DNA from: an uncultured Bdellovibrionales bacterium
GTDB lineage: Bacteria > Bdellovibrionota > Bdellovibrionia > Bdellovibrionales > UBA1609
Assembly: GCA_938002015.1 (NCBI GenBank)
Contig: CALLAU010000056.1
Location: 14,995 to 78,994, forward strand
DNA length: 64,000 nt
Direction: 5' to 3'
In this document: piece after piece, positions 49,486-59,421 of the stretch
How positions within the stretch are numbered: the first letter of the stretch is position 1
Layout: each line of letters begins with the position of its first letter
Notes under the pieces: generated by a model
The model's input: the letters and a program-made list of their open reading frames with translations, nothing else
Database searches by the model: none
Told to the model about the DNA's origin: nothing
Made by a program: the position numbers and the translations under genes

Positions 49486-50940
49486 ATGTTTAAAATAGCC
49501 TATAAGTCTGGTTCAGCTACTGGAAATTCAAACTCTACTCTCTTTCTTACATTTAATAAGAAAAACTCTTCAGAAGTTATTAAAAAGTTTTCCATTCCAA
49601 AAGACACAAAAACTGGGGAAACTTTCTATGACCTTAACTCTAAAGGCTTTAAAGGCGGCAGTGTTGTTTTTCACAACGCAGGTGAAAAGCTTTCTCAATC
49701 AACTGAGGATTTTAGAGTTATAGGTGCAAAACTTTTTAAAAGTTCACTTGCTACCAAAAAATCTAAGATAGTTATTAGCACAAAAAATTATTCTAACTTT
49801 GAAACACCTCTTGAAGAGATTATTAAAGGCTTAGTTGAAGGAGCCACTCTTGCTTCTTACAAAATGACGGAAGGAAAATCTAAGGCTGAAAAATCTAAAA
49901 ACTTAGAGTTTGAAGTCTATGCATCACCTGCTGAAGCTAAAAAAATCAAACCTGCAATCACTGAAGCTCAAGCAACATGTGAAGCCATTTTCTTTTCAAG
50001 AAGGTTAGGTGATCTTCCAGGTAATATGATGACTCCAAGTATTTTAGCTAAAGAAGCTCAAAGCATTAAATCTCCAAAGCTTAAAACTACAATTTGGAAC
50101 AAGGCACGCATTAAAAAAGAGAAGATGGGTGGTATCATGACAGTTTCTAGAGGTAGTGCTGAAGAGCCACGCTTTATCATAATGGAATATAAGGGTGGAG
50201 CAACAAAACAAAAACCTTTAGTTTTAGTAGGTAAAGGGCTCACCTTTGACGCGGGCGGAATATCTCTTAAGCCTTCACCAAAAATGGATGAAATGAGATA
50301 TGATATGTGTGGATCTGCTGCTGTAATTGGAGCCATGAAGCTTATCACTTCGATGAAGCTAAAGGTAAATGTAACCGCTCTTGTTCCTTCTAGCGAGAAT
50401 TTATTAGGTGCAGAAGCTGTTAAACCTGGTGATATTTTTACTGCAAGAAATGGAAAAACTGTTGAAGTTTTAAATACTGACGCTGAAGGAAGATTAATTC
50501 TAGCTGATGCACTTTCTTATGCTTCTGAACTTAAGCCGGCGATGGTTTTAAATACAGCAACGTTAACTGGTGCAATGGTCATGGCTCTTGGAAATTCACA
50601 CACTGGCCTATTCACAAGAAGTGATGAGTTAGCTGACAATGTTTTAAAAGCTTCAAAAAATGCCGGTGAAAACGTATGGCGCATGCCTTTAACCGATGAT
50701 CACGTAAATGATATTAAAGGCAGGTTTGCTGACTGGGCTAATATTTCTTCTTTTAGAGGTGCAGGCTCTGCTACTGCAGCAGCTTTCTTAGAGCAGTTCT
50801 GCGCTAAAGGAATTCCTTTTGCTCATATGGATATTGCTGGAACGGCTTGGAACTGTGGAAATAGAAAAGCTTACAACCAAGCAAGTGCCGCAACAGGTGT
50901 TTTAGTAAGAACTTTTTACGAATTTGCTAAATCTATATAA
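49486..50940 (+). CDS. pepA: Leucyl aminopeptidase (M17)
   Basis: GKGLTFDAGG, MRYDMCG, NTDAEGRL.LAD, ATLTGA, HMDIAG. Confidence 0.93.
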   Translation: MFKIAYKSGSATGNSNSTLFLTFNKKNSSEVIKKFSIPKDTKTGETFYDLNSKGFKGGSVVFHNAGEKLSQSTEDFRVIGAKLFKSSLATKKSKIVISTKNYSNFETPLEEIIKGLVEGATLASYKMTEGKSKAEKSKNLEFEVYASPAEAKKIKPAITEAQATCEAIFFSRRLGDLPGNMMTPSILAKEAQSIKSPKLKTTIWNKARIKKEKMGGIMTVSRGSAEEPRFIIMEYKGGATKQKPLVLVGKGLTFDAGGISLKPSPKMDEMRYDMCGSAAVIGAMKLITSMKLKVNVTALVPSSENLLGAEAVKPGDIFTARNGKTVEVLNTDAEGRLILADALSYASELKPAMVLNTATLTGAMVMALGNSHTGLFTRSDELADNVLKASKNAGENVWRMPLTDDHVNDIKGRFADWANISSFRGAGSATAAAFLEQFCAKGIPFAHMDIAGTAWNCGNRKAYNQASAATGVLVRTFYEFAKSI

Positions 50941-50950
50941 TCATCTTTCT

Positions 50951-50982
50951 ATACTGAACTAACTGTAAAGTTAGTTCAGTAT
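50951..50982. terminator. 13-bp perfect inverted repeat between convergent genes
   Basis: ATACTGAACTAAC-TGTAAA-GTTAGTTCAGTAT. Confidence 0.65.
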
Positions 50983-53421
50983 TCCCCTACAAGTAGGAAC
51001 AGGGCCTCTTTTAATTTCATTAATAAAATTCCCACTTAAGTTATTAACAGATGAGTGTACACTGATCACGCTACCACCTACCATTGCAGAAACAAGTGAC
51101 ACACCTACAGCTAAACCTTCACTAGCAGCCCATATTGAATTATCCATACCACCATACGTATAAAAACCAAGACCAGTTAGAACAGACGGAGCAAGTACCA
51201 AAGCGCTCATCCCTCTGCTTTTCCATTTTCTTTTTCTGATTTTAAGCTTCAACCTACTCTGCATGCTAGCCACTTCATATGCAGACGCTATTGTATTCTT
51301 AGTAATAAATTCACCTTTAAGTTTATGCTCTCTTTTAGTTTCTTTTCTATCTAGTACAGCAGGATTTAAAAGAGTTTCCTTATGTATCCAAAACCCGTTA
51401 TTACCAATGATGTGATTAAACAGTAGTTCATCTAAACTACTTTCTAATTCTAATGGTAAATTACTATATGCATTTACCAAGGCCAACAGAATCCCCCTCG
51501 ACTCAAAGCTTGCAATTTTGTATTCAGGTCGAGTTTCTTCATTAAAATCTCTCTCAATTGCTATAAAATCAACTGTTTTAAAGGCCTTAGCCAGGTATGG
51601 AACAAGAGCTGGATCTACTTCTGTATTTAAAAAAATCTCTAATAAATTCTGACTGTAATGCAACTCTCTTGAGTGTTTATATAAAACTCCACTTCGTCTA
51701 ATCTTATTTTTTCCCACTTCACTAAAAGAATCTAAATTAACTATTTGATCTAACAGTGATGGATTAAATTTCCATGCTGTATTTAAAACAACATTATCTA
51801 AAATAACAGAGATATGCTTTCTTTGCCTCAATAAGTTTTGAACAACTTCAGGAAAATTCTGAGAGCACTTTAAAGAAAACCAAGCGGTGTAAAGAGTTTT
51901 ATTCTGACTCTCCTCTGAAAGATTTAAAATTTTATTTTTTTGTGCTTCACAATTTAATATAGTTATACTTGCATCTCGTGAGAATTTTCTACTTAACCTC
52001 TCAATGTAACCTATGTTGTATGATGCAATTCCCCCCTCGATCAATAAATCAAAATATTCATCAAGCGAAATACTTAATGAATCATACATCACTTCTATGG
52101 CAGACTTATTTTTAATAAGGACTACATCACCAAAAACTTCAAAATCACTTCCTTCTCGAGCCTCGGGCTTTATGCGAAAATTAATTGTTATATTAGTTCC
52201 ACGAGCTCCTCTTTGCCCTTTTAAAGTATAAAAACCTTCACCATGAATTGCCGATTCACCGACAAAACCCTGTCTTGAAGTAAAAACATTAGCTTTTCCT
52301 TCTGATGATTTTATAATACTCTCATAAGAGTCAAATGAGTTAGTTTCATGAGCTAACATATCAAGACTCAGTTCCAAAGCCGTTACTCCAGTCCCTTGGC
52401 CAACCTTAAATGATGGAAGAGGGATTCTACTCATCCACCAAGATACAGATTTTATCTCATCAACGTTATTACCATCGATTTCAATAAGCTTTTCTCTTAA
52501 ACCTAAGTCTCTTAATATTTTATGTGCAAACTCTAAGTTAGGAGAGTTGAGAAGGGCTTTTAAGCCAAACTCTAAAGCTTTTTTCTCACTATAATTATTT
52601 AAATCACCCACACTAACTCTTTGAATTATTTTACGAATCAATTCAAGATCACCTTCTGAAGCTGTTAGCTCAAACTGAGTTAATTTTGCGATGAATCTTA
52701 TTGCCGCAAGTATTGGAGGATTATTCCCTTGACGGTATCTTTTTGTACTTTCATGTCTATCAGAAAAATAAAATGAAATTCTCTTATCAGCGACATCGTT
52801 TAAGAACTGGTTGTCTACATTATTCCAGTCTTTTAAATCACGAACTATACTTGTTGAACTAGTATCTGTAATTTCAACCAAACCTATAGAGTTTGAATCT
52901 GAGTGTTGATTTAAAAATTCTGGACTAGCTAGCAAAGCTTCCTTATCTCCCATTTTTTGTCTTAATAGCCTTACCTCCCAGTCTTGCCTATCTCCAATAA
53001 AGTTTGGATATTTTGCAAGCAAAGCCCCTGTAAGCCTAGAGGCAACTTCAGAATCTGCATCAACCACAATATCTAAATCCTGATTTCCTCTATAAATATT
53101 TGTAAAATCATAATCAAAGCGCGCATCTTGAAAAAGTCCTCTACCTTCTCTTCGCTCAATATCAAGTCGAACATAGTGAAGGTATGAAGCTGCAGTACCT
53201 CCAAAAAGATATACTGAAACACCCAACTTCTTGGCCTCTTGTCTTATAAATTCAAACTCAGGAACTCGTAACAAATTTGCCTCAGCACTTTTAAGCAAAT
53301 CTGCAGCTTTAACTTGAGCATCGGCGTTTTGAATAAATACAACTAAAGAAAAATAAATAGAAAACCATTTCATAAGTATGACTATTTTTTGCATCAATTT
53401 GGACATGACTTCAAATTGCAT
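50971..53421 (-). CDS. Secreted nucleotidyltransferase-like plus ADP-ribosyltransferase-like protein, paralog of 26094..29855 (true start probably 53406 or downstream)
   Basis: Shares FDYDFTNIYRGNQDLDIVVD, AHETNSF and G.GFYT with the 1253-aa protein; C-terminal hydrophobic helices. Confidence 0.7.
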   Translation of the reverse strand: MQFEVMSKLMQKIVILMKWFSIYFSLVVFIQNADAQVKAADLLKSAEANLLRVPEFEFIRQEAKKLGVSVYLFGGTAASYLHYVRLDIERREGRGLFQDARFDYDFTNIYRGNQDLDIVVDADSEVASRLTGALLAKYPNFIGDRQDWEVRLLRQKMGDKEALLASPEFLNQHSDSNSIGLVEITDTSSTSIVRDLKDWNNVDNQFLNDVADKRISFYFSDRHESTKRYRQGNNPPILAAIRFIAKLTQFELTASEGDLELIRKIIQRVSVGDLNNYSEKKALEFGLKALLNSPNLEFAHKILRDLGLREKLIEIDGNNVDEIKSVSWWMSRIPLPSFKVGQGTGVTALELSLDMLAHETNSFDSYESIIKSSEGKANVFTSRQGFVGESAIHGEGFYTLKGQRGARGTNITINFRIKPEAREGSDFEVFGDVVLIKNKSAIEVMYDSLSISLDEYFDLLIEGGIASYNIGYIERLSRKFSRDASITILNCEAQKNKILNLSEESQNKTLYTAWFSLKCSQNFPEVVQNLLRQRKHISVILDNVVLNTAWKFNPSLLDQIVNLDSFSEVGKNKIRRSGVLYKHSRELHYSQNLLEIFLNTEVDPALVPYLAKAFKTVDFIAIERDFNEETRPEYKIASFESRGILLALVNAYSNLPLELESSLDELLFNHIIGNNGFWIHKETLLNPAVLDRKETKREHKLKGEFITKNTIASAYEVASMQSRLKLKIRKRKWKSRGMSALVLAPSVLTGLGFYTYGGMDNSIWAASEGLAVGVSLVSAMVGGSVISVHSSVNNLSGNFINEIKRGPVPTCRGILN

Positions 53422-53433
53422 ACTTGATGCCAG
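53416..53433 (-). promoter_or_regulatory. Putative sigma54 -24/-12 promoter
   Basis: Minus strand CTGGCATCAAGTATGCAA, GG-N10-GC spacing. Confidence 0.6.
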
Positions 53434-53542
53434 AATTCTTGCCTTTTAAGCTGAAAATAAATCCTTAGGTATCACTACTTAGCCTTATAGCAGATATATG
53501 GCCCCTAAAACGCGACATTTGCCGTAAATTGTCACTTTTTAT

Positions 53543-54205
53543 TTAATTCTCAAAACAAGAAAAAACTATTGGATTAGAAGGGTTATAAACTACTGATTCC
53601 TCTTTTAGTTCTTCAGAACTATCTTTAGCTTCATAGTAGAAACTAACTTTCTTTAAAAACCATATTTTTGGCATAAAATCAGAAAAATTCACAAAACTAT
53701 AGTTAGAAGCATCCGTTTCAAAATCTCCCTCTTTAAAAGAATCAAATTCTGATGAACAAAAATCAAAAGGGAACAGCTCTACAAAATCAAAGCCATTACA
53801 ATTAGTGGAAACATCTATTTCAACGCTCTCGCCAGAGTTAGCAACACCCTCAGCTATAAGATTATATTTTACATACCCATTGCTCGTGTTTAAATAGTCA
53901 CAAACTTCTACAAAACGATCATCTAAATCTATATAAAAACTTTTACTTCTTATTCCCCAAGAAGACTCACTTTGATCTAAACTTGCATTAAACAAAAAGT
54001 TATCTATTCCTATATCTTCTTCGCTTAAGTTTTTAGATAAGTTAGTAATATACTCTGAATCTGAATCTGCAGGGAATCTCATATCAACAAAAGTCTTAAT
54101 TGATCTTTTAGAACCTCCAGATTGAGTTCCAAAATAAAAACCAAAAGATATTGCTGGTATGAGTGCTAATAAAGGCCAAACTTTCATCACTTTTAAGAGT
54201 CTCAT
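53543..54205 (-). CDS. Hypothetical membrane-anchored/exported protein
   Basis: N-terminal hydrophobic helix; acidic, several Cys. Confidence 0.6.
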   Translation of the reverse strand: MRLLKVMKVWPLLALIPAISFGFYFGTQSGGSKRSIKTFVDMRFPADSDSEYITNLSKNLSEEDIGIDNFLFNASLDQSESSWGIRSKSFYIDLDDRFVEVCDYLNTSNGYVKYNLIAEGVANSGESVEIDVSTNCNGFDFVELFPFDFCSSEFDSFKEGDFETDASNYSFVNFSDFMPKIWFLKKVSFYYEAKDSSEELKEESVVYNPSNPIVFSCFEN

Positions 54206-54273
54206 TTGATGCTTTTAGGAGTCAAATAAAGCCTCTCTAAAGGCCTGTATTCCTTATTTATAGCTCACTTAAG

Positions 54274-55506
54274 TTAGTTAGCCTGCTCCATTTCCCTACC
54301 AATGGCCAGGGCCCCTATTCTTGCAATATGTCCGTATACGTTTTCAAAAACCTTTCCTTCTTTATCAAATTCAAAGTCTGAAAAGCAAAGCTTCTTAAAA
54401 ACCGCTCCTGGGGAGTTTAAACTATCAAGCTTTCCCTTTCTCTCATTTGTTCTTAGAAAACCACCCGCAAGAGAGCAACCTAAAAGATAAATAACAGCTT
54501 CTGCTGGAGATTCGTTAACTTTTAACGATGTAGGAATGCCTTCTTGTAAAATTACACTTGAGACTCCTTTACCACCTTTTGTAGCCTTCATTTTCTTTCT
54601 TGATTTATAATTCCACTTTAAAATATCTTCAGGCTGTCTCACTTCGATTACACCAAGACCGTAAGTTCCATACGAGTTTTTAACAAAGAAGTACGGCTCA
54701 TCTTTAATACCTTTAGATTCGTATGAAGAGATAAGTTCAGCTTTAAAAGACTCTGCTTTATCTACTAGTGCTTTTAAAGAGTCTTCTGAATCCAGTGCAA
54801 ACTCATCAAAAGCTTGTGTGTCAACAGTAAGAATTTCTTTATCAATACCAGCAACTTGTGCAAACTCGGCTACGAGTTCATTATAGATTTTAAAAAAAGT
54901 ATATTTTCTTCTTTTATGCCAACCCATTTTAAGGGGAGGAAGAGAGGAAGTATCCACCTTAGATAGCCATGAGTCATAGGCCGTTGAAAAATCATTATTG
55001 CTTAAGATAAAATCTATTTTTTCTTCACCTACAAAAGCGTCATTATCTTCTACATTCACACTGCTTATCTCAATTTCTTTTCCTGAAGCCGTCACAAGCG
55101 TATTAACTATTTCACCCTCTTTGCTCATTAATGGGTTTGGAGTTAAAATAAATGTTTTAACTCCACTTTCTTCAAAAAGCTCTTTTAATGTATAAACGTT
55201 ATCCCAGTAGTAAGGATTATTCGTATGCTCCTCACAAAAAATACCCGCTGTTTGAATATTTAATTTTCTAAAATCTAAGGCTCTTTTTAAAAGGTCACTC
55301 ATCACAGATCTATCATCTTGGCAAATATTGTTAAAACCTGCTGGAAAAAGATTTGCATCTACTGGAGCAATTTTAAAATCAGATTCTCTTATATCAAAAC
55401 TTGAGTAAAACGGATATTCTTCAGACTGAGCTTGAGATTTAAACCAATCTTGGATTTTTTCATCATTCTTTAAAATTTTCTCATGAATTCTGTTTCGCAG
55501 ATTCAT
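54274..55506 (-). CDS. gshA: Glutamate--cysteine ligase, divergent ATP-grasp GshA family
   Basis: YSSFDIR, PVDANLFPAGFNN, EEHT.NPYY, FVKNSYGTYGLG, QEGI, SLNSPG. Confidence 0.78.
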   Translation of the reverse strand: MNLRNRIHEKILKNDEKIQDWFKSQAQSEEYPFYSSFDIRESDFKIAPVDANLFPAGFNNICQDDRSVMSDLLKRALDFRKLNIQTAGIFCEEHTNNPYYWDNVYTLKELFEESGVKTFILTPNPLMSKEGEIVNTLVTASGKEIEISSVNVEDNDAFVGEEKIDFILSNNDFSTAYDSWLSKVDTSSLPPLKMGWHKRRKYTFFKIYNELVAEFAQVAGIDKEILTVDTQAFDEFALDSEDSLKALVDKAESFKAELISSYESKGIKDEPYFFVKNSYGTYGLGVIEVRQPEDILKWNYKSRKKMKATKGGKGVSSVILQEGIPTSLKVNESPAEAVIYLLGCSLAGGFLRTNERKGKLDSLNSPGAVFKKLCFSDFEFDKEGKVFENVYGHIARIGALAIGREMEQAN

Positions 55507-56245
55507 ACATCTCTCCAATCGTTAAGGCAGCTCCTGCTACGGCAAAGGGTAAAAACAAAAACATTAACCCAGGGATTAAACTTAAAAGACCTAGTGCAAA
55601 TGTATGTCCATTTATTAAAAAAGTTTCTTTTTTTATAAAATCAAGTCTCTCACGAAGCTTAAAACTTAAAATCTCTAATGAATAATCAAAAGCATCATAT
55701 GCTATGACTAGTAAACCAAAATAAAGGGGTAAAAAACCTAAGGGTGGAATAAAAGAAAGAGCAAAGCAAAGTATCGCAACAAGTAAAAATATAATAGATT
55801 TTAACACTCCAGTTTTAATCATCTGCACTGTATATAGTAAAAAGGCTGACCATGACTCATTAGCTAACTCAATGCCAAACTCTTTTTTAAGAACACGCTC
55901 GGCAATAAAAGAATAAAAAGGTATGTATAAAACCTGTAAAAATATATATGAAAAAATAACAACCAAGATAACAGTAAGTGACTTAAAAAAGAACTTCGCA
56001 AGCCAGAGCAAAATAAGGCCACCGAAAAAATCAAAACTCCACTTGTCTACCGTAAAAGAAAACATGAGATTTTTTAAATAAGCATAGCCAACCTCAAAGC
56101 CAAGATAGAGAAAACCTATTGAAATGAGAATAGGGACTAAAGAATAAAGCATAACTAATTTATCTTTTCTAGCTAAGCTTAAACCTTTTGAGATCACTCC
56201 AAAACCTTGAAAGAAAGTACGTGGCTTTGTGTTAAAGGCTGACAT
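55481..56245 (-). CDS. EI24/CysZ-family membrane protein
   Basis: Multiple TM segments; PFYSFIAERV, FDYS, LIPG...L.LPFAVAGA; GGAG SD before ATG 56245. Confidence 0.75.
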   Translation of the reverse strand: MSAFNTKPRTFFQGFGVISKGLSLARKDKLVMLYSLVPILISIGFLYLGFEVGYAYLKNLMFSFTVDKWSFDFFGGLILLWLAKFFFKSLTVILVVIFSYIFLQVLYIPFYSFIAERVLKKEFGIELANESWSAFLLYTVQMIKTGVLKSIIFLLVAILCFALSFIPPLGFLPLYFGLLVIAYDAFDYSLEILSFKLRERLDFIKKETFLINGHTFALGLLSLIPGLMFLFLPFAVAGAALTIGEMYESAKQNS

Positions 56246-57164
56246 TTTCACTCCATTTTGCCAGCTTTTTAACATCAGTTGGCTCTTCATTTATCATATC
56301 TACTTTTATAAAGGTGATATCACTATGCCTAATAGCAAGGTCATTTATTATTTTTTCTAGTCTTTTTTCATAGAAGCCCTGAGAATTATAATATCTATTA
56401 ATATAGCATTTTTTAACTTTTAAATTTTTAGACCTTAAATCTATGAGAGAAGAGTTTACCCTTTTTAAAGAAAGCTCCTCATAAGAAGTTACAAAGCAAA
56501 GGTCACTCTCCTCTCTTATGATCTCACGAGCTCTTCTTAAGGTTTCAATCAAAGGTCCCCTTACTTTTTGTGATACGATAAAAAATTCAGAAAGCTCACG
56601 CATAAATTCAGAGCCAGTAAGTTTTGAAAGTGAACTTAAAGCAATCTCTCGCCCTCTATTAAAAACTTTTGAAAAAACACCTCTGTCTTCATCTGGAATA
56701 AAAAAAGAGACTAATTTCCCTGAAAATAATTTTTCTAACAATTCAGCTCCACTAAAAAAATCTGCAGAGTTTTGCAGAGGTGGAGTGTCTAAAATAATAC
56801 TATCTAGAGTGTTGTCATCATACTTTTTAACTAATTCATAAAATGACGTGAACTCTTGTGACACAGATAAATTATCCATCAAACTTTTAAAAAGACTGTT
56901 ATCCTTAAACTTATTTAGAAAGTCTTTATCTGAAATGTTTTCACTTAAAAACTCATTAAATAAAACCGTTCTTTCACTTAATGAGATTTCTAAACCCTCA
57001 ATGACACTATCTTCATCGAAAAGATCCTTTAATCTTTTTGACGGATCGATAGTAATAAGGCTTCTTTTCTTATTCTTAAGGGATACGGCATATAAAGAAG
57101 AAAGTGTTGTCTTGCCGACTCCTCCCGTTCCAATAAAAATAGAAACTTTTGACTGCTTATTCAT
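56232..57164 (-). CDS. ArsA/Get3-family ATPase (subunit B-like)
   Basis: GTGGVGKT, TIDPSKRL, DTPP, YINR. Confidence 0.8.
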   Translation of the reverse strand: MNKQSKVSIFIGTGGVGKTTLSSLYAVSLKNKKRSLITIDPSKRLKDLFDEDSVIEGLEISLSERTVLFNEFLSENISDKDFLNKFKDNSLFKSLMDNLSVSQEFTSFYELVKKYDDNTLDSIILDTPPLQNSADFFSGAELLEKLFSGKLVSFFIPDEDRGVFSKVFNRGREIALSSLSKLTGSEFMRELSEFFIVSQKVRGPLIETLRRAREIIREESDLCFVTSYEELSLKRVNSSLIDLRSKNLKVKKCYINRYYNSQGFYEKRLEKIINDLAIRHSDITFIKVDMINEEPTDVKKLAKWSENVSL

Positions 57165-57915
57165 TCAAAACCTTTTCCCAGTAAACGCAAAGCTCTTGCG
57201 CGCTGTCTTGCCAACTTGAAGATTTCAATTCTGGAAAAGACTGCTGAACCTCAAATTGCTTTGCACCTAGAGATTTGTTTAAAACAATAGCCGGATTAAA
57301 ATCTATTAAACTAGTAATTTTTTTTGAGGTTTCTTTAGTCTCATTTTTTGAAAGCTCTTTATCTAGAGTTACTAAAATAATTTTTGATAACTTCTTATTT
57401 TTAAGAGTTTCAATAATGCTCCTGCACTGAGAGGCCATTGGACCTGATTTAACAGCTGATAAAAGACCAAAAGGAACACCTAATAGGGATAAGAAGTGCC
57501 CGCTAGAAGGAGCATCAAATACAATATCAGTATATTCTTCTTTAAAACCACTGCTCCTAAAAGTTGAAGTAAGCTTACCTAAAACTGCAATCTCTCTAAG
57601 GCCAGGAGCAACCTTCATCAAATTAGTCATAATTTGGTTAGACATAAAGAGCTTTACTAATCTCTTAGAACCCAAGACCTTGCCAGCATATTCTTGTAGA
57701 CAATCAAGACCTGTCCAAGAGGCCAAAAAGAGATCTTTTTCAATTTCAATATTTGTAAAATTTACATCTAAATCAAAAAAATCTGAATATTGGGCCCCGC
57801 TAGAAAACTCTACTAAGAGTACTTTCTTGCCCGTACCTCTTAGATACTTAGCTAGGCTTAAAGACAAATGCGTCTTACCTACTCCACCTTTTCCAGAAAC
57901 CATATAAAGCGCCAT
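57157..57915 (-). CDS. ArsA/Get3-family ATPase (subunit A-like)
   Basis: GKGGVGKT, APGLRE...LGK, DAPSSGH, VLNK. Confidence 0.8.
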   Translation of the reverse strand: MALYMVSGKGGVGKTHLSLSLAKYLRGTGKKVLLVEFSSGAQYSDFFDLDVNFTNIEIEKDLFLASWTGLDCLQEYAGKVLGSKRLVKLFMSNQIMTNLMKVAPGLREIAVLGKLTSTFRSSGFKEEYTDIVFDAPSSGHFLSLLGVPFGLLSAVKSGPMASQCRSIIETLKNKKLSKIILVTLDKELSKNETKETSKKITSLIDFNPAIVLNKSLGAKQFEVQQSFPELKSSSWQDSAQELCVYWEKVLNE

Positions 57916-58069
57916 AGGAGAATACGATAACCAATACTTGAAAGAAAAGGAATGCCCACTTTAATAAGCACCCATTTTTACTATGTTTTTACTAAATTTT
58001 CCTGCCTTTTTCTGTTGCACCCTTGTAAGAGACTCATTATAAGAGTTTGTAAACAAAAAGGTGGTTTTA

Positions 58070-59365
58070 ATGAAATCAGAAATAGTAGAAAACAGTGGTC
58101 TTAAGCGTGTTCTTAAGGTGAGTGTAGATCCAGCTGAGGTAACCAAAGCTCTTGATTCAGAATTTAGTAAAATTCAAAAAGATGTGGCTTTAAAAGGCTT
58201 TAGAAAAGGCAAAGCCCCAATGGATCAAGTAAAAGCTATGTATGGAGAAAAAGTATCTCAAACAGTACTAGAAACTCTCGTTAATGCAAATTACTTTGAT
58301 GCTCTACAAGAGCATTCCCTTAGCCCGATAACTTTACCAAAGATTGATGTTGCCGATAAACCCCAAGAAGGTGAAGGAGAAGTTGGCGGATTTACATTTA
58401 CTGCTGAATTTGAAGTAAAGCCTGAAATTAAAATAGGAGACCTCTCAAAATTAACAGTTACAAAAGAAGTAGCTGAAGTTACAGATGAGAAAGTTGATAA
58501 CGTGATTGAACAAATCAAAGCTTCTCAAGCTGAAGTGACTCCATTACTTGAAGATAGACCTGCAAAGGAAAAGGATTGGGTGAAGTTAGACTTTACAGGT
58601 ATTCTTGAAGACGGCACGAAAGTTCCAAACGGCGAGTCTAAGGACTTCTTATTAGAATTAGGAAGTGGCAGTCTAATACCTGGCTTTGAAGATGGAATTG
58701 CTGGAATGAAAATTGGCGAAGAGAAAACTCTTAATCTTAAATTTCCAGATGATTATTTCGAAGACTCTCTAGCGGGAACGCCTGTTAATTTTCTTGTAAA
58801 ACTAAATTCAATTAACAAAAAAGACTTTCCAGAGATCAATGACGACTTTGCAAAGAAGGCAGGACCTTTTAATAGCCTACAAGAGCTAAAAGACAAGATT
58901 AAGGAAGACACAAAGGCATCTGAAGAAAAAAGAGTAGAACAAAAACTCAACGATGATCTTTTAAACGGTCTTGGAGATATTCACGATTTTGATCTTCCTG
59001 ATAGTATTGTACTTCAACAAGCTGAGAGCTTTAAGAACTCAACAACTCAAAGGCTTATGTCGCAGGGCTTTGATCAAACTAAGTTAGATGAATATCATTC
59101 TAAGTGGGAAGATGAATATAAAGAAAATGCCAAAAAGAGTGTTAAATTATCTTTACTAGTTGAAGCTATCGCTCAACAAGAGAACCTTTTCCCTAAAGAA
59201 AATGATATCTCTGAGTATTTTGATAAGCTATCTTCTGAAACCGGCATTGATACTGAAAAGATAAAATCTTACTACGCACCAAATGAAAAGCAACGTGAGT
59301 TAGAATTTAAACTTATGGAAGAAAATGTAATTTCTTTTTTAAAAGATAAAGCGACTATAAGCTAA
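58070..59365 (+). CDS. tig: Trigger factor
   Basis: GFRKGKAP ribosome-binding signature; FKBP domain LIPGFEDG; ATG 58070. Confidence 0.95.
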   Translation: MKSEIVENSGLKRVLKVSVDPAEVTKALDSEFSKIQKDVALKGFRKGKAPMDQVKAMYGEKVSQTVLETLVNANYFDALQEHSLSPITLPKIDVADKPQEGEGEVGGFTFTAEFEVKPEIKIGDLSKLTVTKEVAEVTDEKVDNVIEQIKASQAEVTPLLEDRPAKEKDWVKLDFTGILEDGTKVPNGESKDFLLELGSGSLIPGFEDGIAGMKIGEEKTLNLKFPDDYFEDSLAGTPVNFLVKLNSINKKDFPEINDDFAKKAGPFNSLQELKDKIKEDTKASEEKRVEQKLNDDLLNGLGDIHDFDLPDSIVLQQAESFKNSTTQRLMSQGFDQTKLDEYHSKWEDEYKENAKKSVKLSLLVEAIAQQENLFPKENDISEYFDKLSSETGIDTEKIKSYYAPNEKQRELEFKLMEENVISFLKDKATIS

Positions 59366-59390
59366 TCTGATATTTAAATTTATTTGTTTT

Positions 59391-59421
59391 AAAAAAAGCC
59401 AGTTTTAAACTGGCTTTTTTT
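59391..59421. terminator. Bidirectional intrinsic terminator
   Basis: AAAAAAAGCCAGTTT-T-AAACTGGCTTTTTTT between tig and ctpA. Confidence 0.85.

Noticed and set aside
50951-50982. Shared TGAACT...AGTTCA stem with the 25999..26025 hairpin as mobile-element ends of the effector genes
   Set aside because: One is upstream of its gene and the other downstream; only 6 bp match, with no target duplication or transposase. Terminator function suffices.
56232-57915. Arsenic resistance operon
   Set aside because: No arsB/acr3, arsC, arsR or arsD, and no metal-binding Cys pattern.
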